From IMG/VR virus record IMGVR_UViG_3300023174_000067, positions 1-64,000 of that record: 64,000 nucleotides of DNA. One strand, 5' to 3'. This document shows, piece by piece, positions 1-9,804 of the stretch; position 1 is the stretch's first letter; every line of letters begins with the position of its first letter. Source of the DNA: a virus. The position numbers and the translations under genes were made by a program. The notes beneath the pieces were generated by a model. The model worked only from the letters and a program-made list of their open reading frames with translations. It made no database searches and had not been told where the DNA came from.

Positions 1-985
1 TATAATAAAAAGTATCTGTGGTTTCCGCAGTTAAAGAACTATCCAACCAAAATGTTTGTCCTGATATTGTTTGATAACCAAAATATTCTTTAGAACCTAA
101 ATAACCTGTAGAACCAAACTTAGTATAATCTTCATTTAAAGTTGATTTCAATCCTGCAGGACTAACTGACCATGGAATATTCATATTCCAAACTTTAACA
201 TCTGTTGCACCTAAATCACAAATAGAGTCAAAATTAATAACTTCAGGTGGCCAATAACTTTGTGGTGTATAGGTATCATATAATGCCGTCATACCTGAAG
301 GATATATGAATATTCTATTATCCGCACAACAACTTGTACCTGAACTCATTCCACTAAAATTAGGTAAGGCTCTATCAAATGTTAATATATTATTTAAACT
401 ATCATAACCTTGTATTTTATAAAATAAAATTGGAAAGTTACCGCCTATAGAACCACAACCATTTTGTCCATCATAATAAACAACCGCATAGTCTCCAACC
501 GCAGGTGTTCCTGAAGTTGTTGCACAACTACTTGAATAAATAAATGTACTAGCAGAACCACAATAATCACACGTATTTAAATACCATTCTGCAGTTTTAG
601 TATAAGACGATAAAGTAATTGCCGACCACTGATATGGGTCTCCAGTAAAAAATCCTCTTACAGAAGCAACATTATATATCGGAGTAACATCTGATTCTTG
701 AACTGCTAAACCATATGTATTACCACTCGAACCATTAACATAATACGGATATTTAACATTCATTTTATTAGTTTGGGGTTGTTGTGTTGTGTTTTGAGCG
801 TTAAATGCAGATTCTAAAATAAATGTATTTGATTGATTATAACCATTTATGGCATTATAACATATTTCACTATCACCTACCTGAAAATATTGAATATTTA
901 ATCTACCTTCTGAAAGTTTTTGTCTTCCAACGTCAGTAAATCTTGTGTTTATTAATCCTGATGTATTTTTAATTATATAAGCCAT
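1..985 (-). CDS. Structural (baseplate/tail-associated) protein, 3' end runs off the window
   Basis: Not in the ORF track. ATG at 985 reads MAYIIKNTSGLINTRFTDVGRQKLSEGRLNIQYFQVGDSE; the same frame is still open at the window edge (...GQTFWLDSSLTAETTDTFYY). The TDxGR...YFxVGD pattern resembles fibre-attachment N-termini; TATTTAT lies 6 nt upstream. Confidence 0.75.
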   Translation of the reverse strand, partial: MAYIIKNTSGLINTRFTDVGRQKLSEGRLNIQYFQVGDSEICYNAINGYNQSNTFILESAFNAQNTTQQPQTNKMNVKYPYYVNGSSGNTYGLAVQESDVTPIYNVASVRGFFTGDPYQWSAITLSSYTKTAEWYLNTCDYCGSASTFIYSSSCATTSGTPAVGDYAVVYYDGQNGCGSIGGNFPILFYKIQGYDSLNNILTFDRALPNFSGMSSGTSCCADNRIFIYPSGMTALYDTYTPQSYWPPEVINFDSICDLGATDVKVWNMNIPWSVSPAGLKSTLNEDYTKFGSTGYLGSKEYFGYQTISGQTFWLDSSLTAETTDTFYY

Positions 986-991
986 ACGTTA

Positions 992-998
992 ATAAATA
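992..998 (-). promoter_or_regulatory. TATTTAT upstream motif (putative phage promoter)
   Basis: ataaata on +, 6 nt before the ATG at 985; the motif recurs before many genes. Confidence 0.5.
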
Positions 999-999
999 T

Positions 1000-2364
1000 T
1001 TATACTTGATAAATTTGTGGTTGTTGTGTTACATTTACCAAATTTCTGTTTAGTTGACAACATTGACAAGATGTTTGTATGTTTTCAAAAGATAAGTTAA
1101 TATCAACCCATCCTTTAGTATAACAAGTTCCATCAACACCTCCATTTGTTTTGGTATCAACACCATAAATTGCGTTAACAACTAAAGTGTCTCCATTAAC
1201 CAATGATATACTATTTGAACTATAGGTATTATTTTTACTATACAAATAGTAAGCTTGATTACATGTTGATGGTGATATTTGAGAAAAACTACCTAAACTA
1301 TTTTCAATAATAGTTAACCCGCCTCCATTTTTATAAATTGTATGTTGTGTCGTATCAAAATCAACAGAACCTGGTTGTAAATAATTTAAACTATAATTCA
1401 TAGAGTAATCAAAAGTTATAGTTTCTCCTAACGGTATTAAAGATGTATCATATGTAACACTAGCTAAATAATATTTCATATTACCAACACTTTGTAATTC
1501 ATTAATTGTTAAATTACCTGGTATTGAAAAATATGAAATTGGTGTTGATTGTAACTCTACCGATTTACTAATTATAAAATCATTAACAGGATATTTGGCA
1601 TATATTGTATATAAACCCGAATTTAAATTATTAAAAATCCCTGTAGTATTTGTAAACATATAACCATCAATAGAATATGACCAACTTCCAGTAAATCCAG
1701 TACCTCCAATCACATATGCTGTTATTGCACCATCATTAATTCCAACACATGATGGATTATGATTATCTAACATAAGTAAAACATTATTGAAAGATGACGT
1801 ATTGCAATTACCTTCCTGTGAAATTATTTCAAAAGAATTTGATTTAACTCCAACACCAAACCAATTGCTCAAAGGTAAGTCTCTAGAATCTGTTGACCTA
1901 AATACAACTCCATCAGATGAATATCCATTCATCTCCCAATAACCATTATTATTCCAAGTAACATCTACGGATTCATTAGTATATACTGACTTATCATTAA
2001 CAATATTACCATTATCACAAACCGAAATGGTATTACTTTCTTTTGTTTTTAAATTATTAATTGTTAGACAAAAACAAGTTCCATCTTCTTCACCTATAGT
2101 TGATTTTAAACCAAACCCATATATTAAATTTAATTTTTGATAATCATCGCAATAATTGTTATAAAGATAAATAACGACTGCATTATCAGGAACCTCAATA
2201 TTGAGACCAGAATTTAATTGACTGATAGTAATTCCAGTCGCAATAAAATGACTCGGATATAATGTTACTAAACTACCTAATGAACCATTATCAACTGTAT
2301 TATAGTAAACACTATACGGTCCATGAGACGTTCCAAAAGTATTTTGTATTGTATAATATTTCAT
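1000..2364 (-). CDS. Cys-rich fibre/adhesin-like structural protein with one SprB-like repeat
   Basis: 454 aa; PSCVGINDGAITAYVIGG...YSIDG...FNNLNSGLYTIYA is SprB-like; N/S/T/G-rich with few charges. Confidence 0.7.
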   Translation of the reverse strand: MKYYTIQNTFGTSHGPYSVYYNTVDNGSLGSLVTLYPSHFIATGITISQLNSGLNIEVPDNAVVIYLYNNYCDDYQKLNLIYGFGLKSTIGEEDGTCFCLTINNLKTKESNTISVCDNGNIVNDKSVYTNESVDVTWNNNGYWEMNGYSSDGVVFRSTDSRDLPLSNWFGVGVKSNSFEIISQEGNCNTSSFNNVLLMLDNHNPSCVGINDGAITAYVIGGTGFTGSWSYSIDGYMFTNTTGIFNNLNSGLYTIYAKYPVNDFIISKSVELQSTPISYFSIPGNLTINELQSVGNMKYYLASVTYDTSLIPLGETITFDYSMNYSLNYLQPGSVDFDTTQHTIYKNGGGLTIIENSLGSFSQISPSTCNQAYYLYSKNNTYSSNSISLVNGDTLVVNAIYGVDTKTNGGVDGTCYTKGWVDINLSFENIQTSCQCCQLNRNLVNVTQQPQIYQV

Positions 2365-2378
2365 TTTTTAATTTTATT

Positions 2379-5042
2379 TTATGTTTTACTACAAGAAGCT
2401 GTTGTTATTTTTTCACACAGTTGCGTACTTGGGTTATAATTATAACCGCTCGGGCAACTATAGTTAGTACAAAATCCTTGTCCATAATTAGCGCCTCCAT
2501 TTTTAAAACTACTGGTTGAGAATATAATATTTAAAGACGATATCGAGGTAGTGTTTGTTAATTGTGATAATGTATTATCGTATATTTCCGCAGCGTACCC
2601 ACCAATCGAACCAACATTTGTACATGATAACTCAATAGTATGTTGTCCTGCCGTTAATGTGACAGGATATATGTGCCAAAATTGAAAATTATATACAGGA
2701 TTTGGTGTTGTAGTTGGGTCAACTTGATTAATTATAATATTAGAATCAATTTTAATTGTACTATAATTATCACCCGCAATACCAATATAATAAGTTTTAG
2801 TAGATGGTACATTGATTGTAGAACAAAGACTTAATGTACCAGGATATGGGGGTACGTTAAGTCCCGTTGGATTACAATTGTTTCCGTTTGTAGTTCCAGG
2901 CCAACAAGGATTATTATTTGCCCATATAATACAATTATTCATTCTACCTCCCCAAAAATTTGATACCGAATTTGTTGTACCACCAGGGATTGGTGATGAG
3001 GAAGTAGCTCCGTTAAATGCATATGTTCCGCTTATTGAGTTTCCACTGACGTTATATCCGTTTACATTATAAATTAAAGTACCATATATTCCGTAGGCCC
3101 CAGTATTGGGTACTCCATCTCCAGGTGTCAACGTACTTACTACTGTTGGTGATGTTGTTTCTAATTTTTGACAAGATTGAGTTGATGTGCCGACAACAGT
3201 AAATCCTGGAGGACAATTACACGGCACTTGACAGACGTTTAAACTCGCAATCGTATTATTTTGAGGACAATCACTATATAAAATTTGTCCATTATTTCTT
3301 GTTATTCTAACCCAAGTTAAATTAGCATGAGGTGCCGCTCCACAACTATAATCATTATATGTTATCATTGCAGCTATTAAAGTTAAATTAATTGTATTCC
3401 CATTACCCGCAGCCGCAATAGATTGAGCTTGAGACTGACTAATAACTGTTCTAGTATATCTAGATTTAATAGTTCCCGCCCATGTACCTGTAATACCTGA
3501 TGGAGTATTTCTATAATCACCACATATTCGTGCACCAGATTGACTAACCGCACCTAAACTAACAGTTGACCCACTAGCATTATTATTTAATGAATCACCA
3601 ATGTACACACCATTTCCATATATTTCAAAAAACGCTCTATTACAACTGTGACCCCCTTGTCCTGGCCAAGAACTAATTGAAAGTAAATTTGGTGTTACAA
3701 CTCCATTCTCATCAACTTTTGTACGATACTGAGCAGGTAATAAATCATAATCAGCTTGTGTATCAATATATAATGTTTCAATAATTAATCCATCCAAACA
3801 AGTAACAACAGGACTACTTGGTGTTGATGGTGTTGGTGTCATAGTTAATGTTGGTGTTGGAGTAAGTGTCGGTGTTTGAGTTGGGAATATTTGTTGAATA
3901 TCAGCATCATAAGTACAATCTTTTGGTGTATAAATAGTACAGGTTGTTTGAGCACTTAAATCATACCAATAATCATAAACAGTTACATTATACGTACCAT
4001 TTGGTTGATTAAATTGTGTTTGACCTGTAAGAATATTTCCATTTGGTGTTGTCCAAAAAACATTATATGGTGCAGTTCCTCCTGTTATATTTACTGATAT
4101 AATCCCATCAAAAGCCTCAAATACTGAAGGATTTTTTACATTACATTCTATACCGAGTGGTAATATTGTAATAATTTCACAATCATTTTTAGTTTCACCT
4201 GATTCAGAAGGAGTATAACAAGGTTGACATTTTCTATCATTACAATTATTTGCTGACTGAATACCTTGAGTTATATTTAAAATATCATATTTTTCTTGAG
4301 TTCCTTTAATAACCGTATAACACTTATTTTCAGGTGCAACAACAATAGTACTTCCAACAACATAATTAATATTTTTTGTTGTATAACTAACTAATTGATA
4401 CTGTTTACCGTCACAACAACCACTAACAATATCCGAATAATTAACTGTTGTAATTGTTGGTGTTAATGTCGGAGTTCTTGTTGGAGTTATGGTTGGAGTT
4501 GGGGTTGGAGTTCTTGTTGCCGCAGGGGTTCTTGTTGGAGTTTGAGTTAAAACTGGCGGTAATGTTCTAGTTAATGTTGGTGTTGTTGTTTGAGTTGGAG
4601 TTACAGATTGTGTTGGTGTTGATGTTGGTGTTCTTGTTGGAGTTAAAGTTACGGATTGTGTTGGAGTTAAAGTCGGTGTTGTTGTAGGTGTTGGGGTTGG
4701 GGTATTTGTTGGTACTCCTTCAGTACAATCAACATAAAGAAAATTAAAGTCGCTTGATGGTGATATATTTGTAATAACAACATTATCTATATTTAACCCA
4801 AGTCCATTAGGTCCACATCCATAATCTATATTGGCATAATCATCTCCAATCCCAATAGTTATTGTTTGACCAATGAACGTAGGTGATGAGCTCCCATCAG
4901 TATATACATCGTACGTTATTGTCACCACAGAACTAGCGGGTGACGATAAAAAAAACTCAATTTGACTTAAGCTAACTCCTCCAGGAGCAAATTGACAGGA
5001 TATAAAATCTAAATTATATGTTATACAATTATTAATTGCCAT
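2379..5042 (-). CDS. Modular fibre/adhesin: Ig-like domain, Thr/Pro linkers, Cys module, SprB-like repeat, PA14-like lectin domain
   Basis: 887 aa; long (T-x)n linker; [12 protein letters not shown]...GTYNVTVYD (SprB-like); [16 protein letters not shown]...[12 protein letters not shown] (PA14-like jelly roll) flanked by CPPGF and CPSGY motifs. Confidence 0.75.
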   Translation of the reverse strand: MAINNCITYNLDFISCQFAPGGVSLSQIEFFLSSPASSVVTITYDVYTDGSSSPTFIGQTITIGIGDDYANIDYGCGPNGLGLNIDNVVITNISPSSDFNFLYVDCTEGVPTNTPTPTPTTTPTLTPTQSVTLTPTRTPTSTPTQSVTPTQTTTPTLTRTLPPVLTQTPTRTPAATRTPTPTPTITPTRTPTLTPTITTVNYSDIVSGCCDGKQYQLVSYTTKNINYVVGSTIVVAPENKCYTVIKGTQEKYDILNITQGIQSANNCNDRKCQPCYTPSESGETKNDCEIITILPLGIECNVKNPSVFEAFDGIISVNITGGTAPYNVFWTTPNGNILTGQTQFNQPNGTYNVTVYDYWYDLSAQTTCTIYTPKDCTYDADIQQIFPTQTPTLTPTPTLTMTPTPSTPSSPVVTCLDGLIIETLYIDTQADYDLLPAQYRTKVDENGVVTPNLLSISSWPGQGGHSCNRAFFEIYGNGVYIGDSLNNNASGSTVSLGAVSQSGARICGDYRNTPSGITGTWAGTIKSRYTRTVISQSQAQSIAAAGNGNTINLTLIAAMITYNDYSCGAAPHANLTWVRITRNNGQILYSDCPQNNTIASLNVCQVPCNCPPGFTVVGTSTQSCQKLETTSPTVVSTLTPGDGVPNTGAYGIYGTLIYNVNGYNVSGNSISGTYAFNGATSSSPIPGGTTNSVSNFWGGRMNNCIIWANNNPCWPGTTNGNNCNPTGLNVPPYPGTLSLCSTINVPSTKTYYIGIAGDNYSTIKIDSNIIINQVDPTTTPNPVYNFQFWHIYPVTLTAGQHTIELSCTNVGSIGGYAAEIYDNTLSQLTNTTSISSLNIIFSTSSFKNGGANYGQGFCTNYSCPSGYNYNPSTQLCEKITTASCSKT
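4452..4712 (-). repeat. Thr/Pro-rich coding repeat (TPTPT, TPTLT, TPTRT)
   Basis: Degenerate gttggt/gttgga repeats on +; alternating Thr in the translation. Confidence 0.9.
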
Positions 5043-5043
5043 G

Positions 5044-5265
5044 TTATATGTCTATATTATTTTTAATTTCACAACCATTTGCATCAATAACTTTAACTCC
5101 AACCGCACCAAATTGGGAATATGGATTTGGAACCAAAAAACTATAAGGTATATCAACATTGTTTATTTGAGCCCTATATATACAGTTTAAATATTGGTCA
5201 TTACATAAATAAACCGTAAATGGTTCTTGACCCGTTAAACTTGTTATTGTTACTTGTATTCCCAT
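5044..5265 (-). CDS. Stand-alone 73-aa beta-sandwich module homologous to the N-termini of the genes starting at 14629 and 21544
   Basis: [16 protein letters not shown]...C...[10 protein letters not shown] matches [13 protein letters not shown]...C...[10 protein letters not shown]; has its own TATTTAT motif. Confidence 0.8.
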   Translation of the reverse strand: MGIQVTITSLTGQEPFTVYLCNDQYLNCIYRAQINNVDIPYSFLVPNPYSQFGAVGVKVIDANGCEIKNNIDI

Positions 5266-5269
5266 TTTT

Positions 5270-5276
5270 ATAAATA
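5270..5276 (-). promoter_or_regulatory. TATTTAT upstream motif
   Basis: Minus strand reads TATTTAT-AAAA-ATG(5265). Confidence 0.5.
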
Positions 5277-5280
5277 TTTT

Positions 5281-8200
5281 TTATACAGGACAAACTCCAT
5301 TTGTTAATCTTATCTCCATAACATCAAATATACCATAAGAAACCGCAGGGAATGTCTTAATACCATTTGATGTTACTTGTATTGTATGAACTAAAACTGA
5401 ATTCTTATATAATCTAAGACAAGTAAATTGTGAATTATAATTGGTAATTGTCACTGATACAGGAAACGAATATGTTCCTGTACCTAAAGCATAATCTCCA
5501 GGAGTTGCGGGTATTGACCCTTCATTTATAGCATAAAAAGCTGGGGTAACACCATTAATTGTTGCAGTATTTCCCGCACTAACGGTATTATTAACCACAA
5601 AGGTGTTAGAACTACTACATGTACCAATATTAACCGCACCTCCAAAACTATATGGTAATTTTATACAATAATTTATTGAATCTCCACCATTAACATAAAC
5701 ACTTCTACCTATACCATCACAATCATTAAAATTAAATGTCCTACCTAATGGTCCCCCAAAAAGTTCAAACTCGGCACATCCTTGAGATACTACACTTGGG
5801 GTTGGTGTTGGACTAGAAGTTTTTGTTGGTGTAGGTGTTAACGTTGGAGTTCTCGTTAATGTTGGTGAAGGTGTTCGTGTAGGTGTTAATGTTGGTGTAT
5901 TACTTGGTGTATTACTTGGTGTATTAGTTGGTGTTACAGATTGAGTTGGTGTTTGTGTTTGTGTCGCATTTGGAGTTTTAGTTAAGGTTGGAGTTGTTGT
6001 TGGTGTTAATGTTGGTGTTGATGTAGGTCTTTGAGTTCTCGTAAGTGTTGGTGTTTGTGTTAATGTTGGTGTTGCGGTTAACGTTGGTTCAGGACTTAAA
6101 CAATTATCACAATCACTATACTGACCTAATATCGCCTTTAAGGTCGCGTTACTTGAATTATCCGATAATCCTTTGTAAGTAACACAGAAAGTACCAATAT
6201 TTGAAAAATTAACAGATAACACATCCCCAATATTCACATTATTATAACCCAACAAAGAAAAACTTTCATTTACATAATATTCATACCCAAATTCACAATC
6301 AATCAATTTTTTTGTTTTATTACATACAAAAACATCATCAAGTAAATCATATGTCGCCCCTCCATAAAAACATAAATCTCTAAGAGGTATTGTAGGTGTT
6401 GGGGTTGGTGTTAAAGTCGGTTCAGGTCCAAAAGTTGTAGCACTTAGAGTCATTGTTAAAGTACTACAATTAGATGTCGATGTCGGAGTTATTGTTGGTG
6501 TGGGCGTTGGACTATTACTCGGTGTTGGGGTTGGTGTTTGACTATTTTCAGGAAAATCACAGTTAAATAACGCATTAAAATCAACAGTATCACACGGATT
6601 ATATGTTGGTGTTGGTGTAGGTATGCAAATACCAGAAGATAATTCATCACAAAGGTCAGGACATTCAGTATTACATGGTGATTTACCAAATAATATACAA
6701 GTTCCTCCTAATGTATCAGATAAACACCATCTTGAATTATCAAAATATATATATCCGACTGTTGTTCCTCCTGTATAAAAACTATTTCCGTTATAGAATC
6801 CTGCGGTTATATAATTACCATCATACAATAATCCAGCATTTAAACAATATTCTGTTTGAGAACAACCTCCAGTACAAGAAACTGATTCACTAATAAAACA
6901 ATTATCACAATCAATGAATGGTCCTGTTACAACATTTGCCGTGTAAATATTTGTTAACGATGAATTATAGGTGATACAAGTTGCACACCCTGAAAAAATA
7001 TCCGTAGATAAATGATATATCGAATTTTCATTATAACTACCCGTATTAATTAAAACATTAAATTGGTCATATGGTGGACAACAATCTTCAAAAGAAAAAA
7101 CACACTCACCATTATCAACTAAACAATCAACACAGCTTAACAAATCATCACCATAATCATTATCCACACTAATTGCATCATAAGATGAACCAACACCAGA
7201 GTACGGTACGATTCTAACGCATCCAATAAATCCATCACACGTAATATTATATACCATATCCTCACTTAATAATCCATATTGAGAATATAAATCATCCGTA
7301 AAGTTAATAAGTAAATTTGTCCCATCACAACATTGTGTTGCTTGGTATTGACAAAATCCACTATATAACACATACCCACTCCCTCCAACATCAGAATATA
7401 CTTGTCCCCATATTGTCGGCGTATTACCTGTTGGGCCATAAAACCCATCAGCAGCTTCAGTTCCTGTTGAGCAAGGGTCAACTGAACAATATGGTGTTGA
7501 GCAAGTCCCATACATTGTTTGACCAATAGGACAATAAATTCCAAGTGAGTCCCCGAAATTAGCAAATACTAATTGTGGAGTCCCTATTACTTGTCTAGTT
7601 GAAAATAATGTACTAGCAGTAAGAGTAGAATATGTTGTAATTCCAGTTAATTGAGCCGTAGTTAATCCTGTATAAATTTCAAAAGTTGCAGTTGTACAAC
7701 AAGAAGCACTACATGGATATGTTGAAAAATTAAATACATCCGAAAAAGCGTAATCAAAAATATATTCTCCTGGTGTTAATGTTATTGGAAATACGTGATT
7801 CCAACTTATTGCATATGATTGCAAACTATTTCTCCTGTCTATAACACCATCGGCACCTATAGTATTTAAAATATTACAGTTGTTTGAATTATTAAAACTA
7901 TTATTATTTAACCTTTTAACAAACCATTCACCATTTATTTTTAATGAAAACAAATCGTCCGCAGCCAAAAATAAATGGTATTGTTGTGTTGTTGTTGCGG
8001 TCATACAAAATCTTCCACCAACCCATTGATTTAGTCCCGTTGCATACTTAATGGAACCTTTCATAAAGGCAGAATTTAATGAGTTTTTCCAAACAGTTGT
8101 TGTACCTGTTGTCAAAACACTAACAGGATTACCCGCAAGATTTGAATCATAATAACCATAAAATTGAGCAATTTGACTATGATTGGTTGGAATATTAATC

Positions 8201-8541
8201 CCAGTTCCATCATTTATTATTGCTGTTTGACCTACTGAAATTGTAACCGCACTTGTTGTTGGGTTAAATCCCGCATTATTTACAAAGGTAAATGGTTTAG
8301 GTAGTAAAGTTGTATCCGCATAGAATAATGTACCATTAGCTGGTGCTGCATTTTGGTCACCTTGTACAAATGTAATTGTTGTTCCGTTAACACCACTTAA
8401 TGGTGCCGTTTGAGTTGGAACGTTATATATTGTCGCCCCAGTTGTAAAGTCCATATCAATATAATATGGTGATGTAATTAATGAATCACACGTACCAGTT
8501 ATTGTTGGACTATAAACTAAATTAATTAAATTACAAGGCAT
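5281..8541 (-). CDS. Cys-rich modular fibre/adhesin with PA14-like domain, repeated CC...C...CxxC modules and Thr/Pro linkers
   Basis: 1086 aa; [18 protein letters not shown]...ITLTPGEY; QCCDG, DCCPP, CVDC and CDNC motifs; long TPT tract. Confidence 0.75.
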   Translation of the reverse strand: MPCNLINLVYSPTITGTCDSLITSPYYIDMDFTTGATIYNVPTQTAPLSGVNGTTITFVQGDQNAAPANGTLFYADTTLLPKPFTFVNNAGFNPTTSAVTISVGQTAIINDGTGINIPTNHSQIAQFYGYYDSNLAGNPVSVLTTGTTTVWKNSLNSAFMKGSIKYATGLNQWVGGRFCMTATTTQQYHLFLAADDLFSLKINGEWFVKRLNNNSFNNSNNCNILNTIGADGVIDRRNSLQSYAISWNHVFPITLTPGEYIFDYAFSDVFNFSTYPCSASCCTTATFEIYTGLTTAQLTGITTYSTLTASTLFSTRQVIGTPQLVFANFGDSLGIYCPIGQTMYGTCSTPYCSVDPCSTGTEAADGFYGPTGNTPTIWGQVYSDVGGSGYVLYSGFCQYQATQCCDGTNLLINFTDDLYSQYGLLSEDMVYNITCDGFIGCVRIVPYSGVGSSYDAISVDNDYGDDLLSCVDCLVDNGECVFSFEDCCPPYDQFNVLINTGSYNENSIYHLSTDIFSGCATCITYNSSLTNIYTANVVTGPFIDCDNCFISESVSCTGGCSQTEYCLNAGLLYDGNYITAGFYNGNSFYTGGTTVGYIYFDNSRWCLSDTLGGTCILFGKSPCNTECPDLCDELSSGICIPTPTPTYNPCDTVDFNALFNCDFPENSQTPTPTPSNSPTPTPTITPTSTSNCSTLTMTLSATTFGPEPTLTPTPTPTIPLRDLCFYGGATYDLLDDVFVCNKTKKLIDCEFGYEYYVNESFSLLGYNNVNIGDVLSVNFSNIGTFCVTYKGLSDNSSNATLKAILGQYSDCDNCLSPEPTLTATPTLTQTPTLTRTQRPTSTPTLTPTTTPTLTKTPNATQTQTPTQSVTPTNTPSNTPSNTPTLTPTRTPSPTLTRTPTLTPTPTKTSSPTPTPSVVSQGCAEFELFGGPLGRTFNFNDCDGIGRSVYVNGGDSINYCIKLPYSFGGAVNIGTCSSSNTFVVNNTVSAGNTATINGVTPAFYAINEGSIPATPGDYALGTGTYSFPVSVTITNYNSQFTCLRLYKNSVLVHTIQVTSNGIKTFPAVSYGIFDVMEIRLTNGVCPV
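5795..6093 (-). repeat. Thr/Pro-rich coding repeat
   Basis: About 100 aa of TPTLT/TPSNT units in the 1086-aa ORF. Confidence 0.9.
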
Positions 8542-8556
8542 ATTATTATCTTACAC

Positions 8557-8564
8557 TATAAATA
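8557..8564 (-). promoter_or_regulatory. TATTTATA upstream motif
   Basis: tataaata on +, upstream of the ATG at 8541. Confidence 0.5.
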
Positions 8565-8565
8565 A

Positions 8566-9546
8566 TCAGTTATTTGTTTTTTTAACCAAAGATTTCATAA
8601 CTTCAACATATTTTATTGTTGAACTGTTTTTGTCAACATAATTAAAATAGTTTTCATCGTTTTTTAATTTATCTAACGGATTTTCATTTATAAATTCTCC
8701 TTTATAAAATTTAGTCGTTTTCATACTATCTATGATTCCTGCCATATGGAGTATAGGTCTCTTTTCATAAATATCAACTCCATCGGTTGCCCAAGAAAAA
8801 TTTAAATCTTCAACTATTCTTGTTTCTTTCCCTAATCTCCATAAATTCCAAAGTACTGACCACATTTCAGCAGTCCAAAATTGTATCTCACCAGGACTAA
8901 TCGGAAATCTCTTATGATAATCTTGCATTTGGTCATATAATTTGTCGGAGTCTTCATATATTTTATACCAATCTTCCCATGTCGTATTTTTAATTATATA
9001 CTGACCACCACCTGAATTTTCTTGGTTACATTTGGTACATTCAATACTGATACCAACAACGTTAGTCATTTCATAAATCAATTGATTTATTTTAGAATTT
9101 TGATGTTTTTCTTCATATCTTTTACAAACATCCATAATATAATTGTATCCAATATACCCTTTGGTATCAGCCAAATAACAAATATCATCTTTAAGATATT
9201 TGTTTAAATTAGGTAGTTCTCTAAAAATAATATCCGCATCGTGTAAAAAAAATACTTTTCCATATTCAGGAAACTCTTTTAACCATTTAGAAATTAAAAA
9301 TGGTTTAACACTTGGTATATAATATTTTTTAATTCTATCATCAGGATAAAAATGAACATTATATCCTTTATCTCTTAATTTTAACGCACCTTCCGATGGT
9401 TCAGTATTACCATTTATCATTCCAAAAATGATATGTATTTGAGAAGGTTTAATTCCTTTTTCAACAAAATTATATCCATAAATTTCGCATTGCCAATGAA
9501 AATAAGGTACATCAGGTTGTGCGGTGACAAATAATAATTCCGACAT
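8566..9546 (-). CDS. GT-A fold glycosyltransferase resembling HPAT (GT95) / peptidyl-serine galactosyltransferase (GT96)
   Basis: 326 aa; YFHWQ, YIPSVKPFLISKWL, FFLHDADIIF (DxD), GGGQYII and WTAEMWS occur in the same order as the YFDWQ / YPAINKP..V..WL / ILDADM / WISEMY motifs I recall for SERGT1. Confidence 0.7.
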   Translation of the reverse strand: MSELLFVTAQPDVPYFHWQCEIYGYNFVEKGIKPSQIHIIFGMINGNTEPSEGALKLRDKGYNVHFYPDDRIKKYYIPSVKPFLISKWLKEFPEYGKVFFLHDADIIFRELPNLNKYLKDDICYLADTKGYIGYNYIMDVCKRYEEKHQNSKINQLIYEMTNVVGISIECTKCNQENSGGGQYIIKNTTWEDWYKIYEDSDKLYDQMQDYHKRFPISPGEIQFWTAEMWSVLWNLWRLGKETRIVEDLNFSWATDGVDIYEKRPILHMAGIIDSMKTTKFYKGEFINENPLDKLKNDENYFNYVDKNSSTIKYVEVMKSLVKKTNN

Positions 9547-9580
9547 TTTTTTTATTTAATAATAATATTTAATCTATTTT

Positions 9581-9611
9581 TATAAATAGAGTTGGTTTTG
9601 ATATATTTATA
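9581..9611. promoter_or_regulatory. Divergent pair of TATTTATA motifs
   Basis: tataaata at 9581-9588 (sense for the minus-strand GT gene) and tatttata at 9604-9611 (sense for the plus-strand gene at 9617). Confidence 0.6.
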
Positions 9612-9616
9612 TTCAT

Positions 9617-9793
9617 ATGAAACTAATTAAAACCATACAAAGACTAGTTGAAGAATCTGAAAGAGATTATTACGCAGCTTGTGATAGATGTGCTGACGAA
9701 AGAACAATCAACCGACTTGAAAAAAACTATCTCGATACCTTAGAATTAATGAAAAAAATTAATAAAGTTGATAAAGACAAAAAGAAGGATTAA
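9617..9793 (+). CDS. 58-aa hypothetical helical protein with CxxC; the only credible plus-strand gene
   Basis: Not in the ORF track. MKLIKTIQRLVEESERDYYAACDRCADERTINRLEKNYLDTLELMKKINKVDKDKKKD*; fills the intergenic gap, has TATTTATA 5 nt upstream and ends in a palindrome. Confidence 0.75.
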   Translation: MKLIKTIQRLVEESERDYYAACDRCADERTINRLEKNYLDTLELMKKINKVDKDKKKD

Positions 9794-9804
9794 TCCTTCT
9801 TTTT
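9779..9804. terminator. Bidirectional terminator-like perfect palindrome
   Basis: aaaaagaaggatt|aatccttcttttt, 26 bp, between convergent stops at 9793 and 9805, with T-tracts on both strands. Confidence 0.7.
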
